Assembly (NCBI RefSeq): GCF_963853765.1
Contig: NC_088857.1
Location: 29,946,001-30,010,000 of the forward strand
Reading direction: 5' to 3'
DNA length: 64,000 nucleotides
Source of the DNA: Magallana gigas
Lineage: Eukaryota
In this document: positions 62,380-64,000 of the stretch, one piece after another
How positions within the stretch are numbered: position 1 is the stretch's first letter
Layout: each line of letters opens with the position of its first letter
Program-made: the position numbers and the translations under genes
Notes under the pieces: model-generated
The model's database searches: none
What the model was told of the DNA's origin: nothing
The model's input: only the letters and a program-made list of their open reading frames with translations

Positions 62380-62945
62380 TTTTATATGCAATAGTAACAT
62401 CATTATATACAGTGGTAACATCATTATATACTGTGATTTCGCCATTATATTCAGGGGTAAAATCTTTATATGAAGTGGTAACATCATTACGTTATATCGT
62501 AAGATCATTATGTGCAGTGGTTTATTCATTATATGCTATGAATAAATCTTTATATGATATGATAAACTCATTTCATACAGAGCTAAACTCATAATGAACT
62601 ATTGTTCAATCGTTATGTTATATGGTACACTCTTCATGTGCAGTTGCAAATCCTTTAATGCAGTGCAACTTCTTGACATTAGGTGATAAGTTCATTATAT
62701 GCAGTACTAACATCATGTTATGGGGTATTAAAACCATTATGTATGGTGGTAAAACCTTCATGTATTGTGGTGAAAGATTTACATGCAATTGTGAATCCTT
62801 TATATGATGTGACAATTTTATAATATGCCGTTGTTGAGCCATTATATTATGAGGTCAGTTCTTTACATGATGTGATCATTTCATTATATGGAGTGGTAAC
62901 TTCTTTATATGCAGTCGTAACTCTTTATGATGAGGTTGTAAACTG
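62380..62945. repeat. Degenerate 21-bp minisatellite, about 27 units
   Basis: Recurring TATATNCAGTGGTAACATCAT-like unit. Confidence 0.8.
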
Positions 62946-63020
62946 GTTCTCGCTGAAAAGTTTTAATGGGGAGGAGGTCCAGTTAAATTTTGAAAAAGAT
63001 GCCGCGTTCATTCAATCGCT

Positions 63021-63088
63021 ACTTCTCGGGCCTTTCCGGCAGGCTCGGAAAAGTGTTTTTCCGAGCCTGCCGGAAAGGCCCGAGAAGT
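63021..63088. repeat. Perfect 32-bp inverted repeat with a 4-nt loop
   Basis: ACTTCTCGGGCCTTTCCGGCAGGCTCGGAAAA gtgt TTTTCCGAGCCTGCCGGAAAGGCCCGAGAAGT. Confidence 0.97.
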
Positions 63089-64000
63089 TTGTGTAGAAAT
63101 TTAATACCCCCCCCCCCCCTGCTTCTAGATCCGCGCATACAGTTAGGTAGATCACTTTATGTATCTTGATATTAACATAGAACCATTTGATTTCTATTTG
63201 CTATCGTGTTTAAAATATACATGTAATTCTTCGGAGCTTGATTAATTAATCTAATTCTGTTTATTCAAAAACGTTTAAATTGAGTTACTTTGTTCTTGAT
63301 TGTTACTGAAAATAGTTTTAATAGCATCCATATAAACCGTGGCGCTTGGAACAAACTTATCCGTATTTTGCTGATTCATAAATTTTTGCACGGCTTGCTT
63401 TTAACGATGTCGAACAATATGTACATATATTTTGAAAACGACATATTTTACAAAAAGATACATTAAATTTATCGATTAATGCTTTACTTTGTTTTAAAAC
63501 CCCTCGTTCAGCAGCAAATGATTACAATTCATGTCTATAATGTGAACAAAGTCGGTAACGTTGAAGAAAATCAGCACACATGTAAATTATTACAATGACA
63601 AGCGTTTTGAATCTTATTTATCCGGACATTAATGATTTTCAAAACCATCGGAATAGGGGTATTACCTTTTCGTGTGATCAAAAATTAATTTTAAAATACT
63701 TAGAAGTTAGTCTCGGTGATTATTCGGCCATCCTGCGTAACCACTCGGCTATATACTAGACACGATGAAATTTGCGAAGATTTAAAACACCGTTTTTTAA
63801 CTTCGGAGGTTTTTTTTTTCAAAGTTTTTAAATTGTTAAAAATATGTCTCTTTGAAACAAAAATCGGATATGCCATGAAACCAGTCACATTTTACATTTT
63901 ACAATTTGTTTAAGAAATGGGGGTCTTGAACGGGGGTGAGTGTGGGTCGCAGGGAGGATCCCGCCCCAGAAAAATTCAAATTTCATAAATTCCCATGAAA

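Noticed and set aside
55-64000. Remaining 60-125 aa ORFs of the track
   Set aside because: Low-complexity, F/I/L/K-rich translations of AT-rich intron, microsatellite or TE sequence with no recognisable domains or splice support.

Overview
AT-rich animal genomic DNA. Composition, intron style and repeat content suggest a bivalve mollusc, probably an oyster (inference). The left 42 kb holds the 5' part of a minus-strand type I diacylglycerol kinase gene (DGK alpha/beta/gamma class, Drosophila Dgk-like). I reconstructed 13 phase-consistent coding exons (1629 nt, 543 aa) covering the N-terminal domain, two EF hands and two C1 domains; the catalytic domain lies beyond the left edge. Several probable 5'UTR exons and a promoter near 41.9 kb precede them. 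A complete three-exon CHRAC1 gene (108 aa, histone fold) lies on the minus strand at 56.9-60.6 kb. The rest is non-autonomous DNA transposons (TA, TTAA, 5-bp and 8-bp target-site classes, some nested or tandem), microsatellites and minisatellites. The most unusual signal is that both large minisatellites in the DGK gene are tandem amplifications of an exon-end plus 5' splice donor (CAT|GTAAGT). A third, in-frame 27-nt exonic duplication also copies a donor-like GTAAG. Other candidates: a 12-nt microexon between the C1 domains, an alternative first coding exon, tRNA-derived cassettes inside TTAA transposons, and a perfect 32-bp GC-rich palindrome. All coordinates and counts were done by eye.
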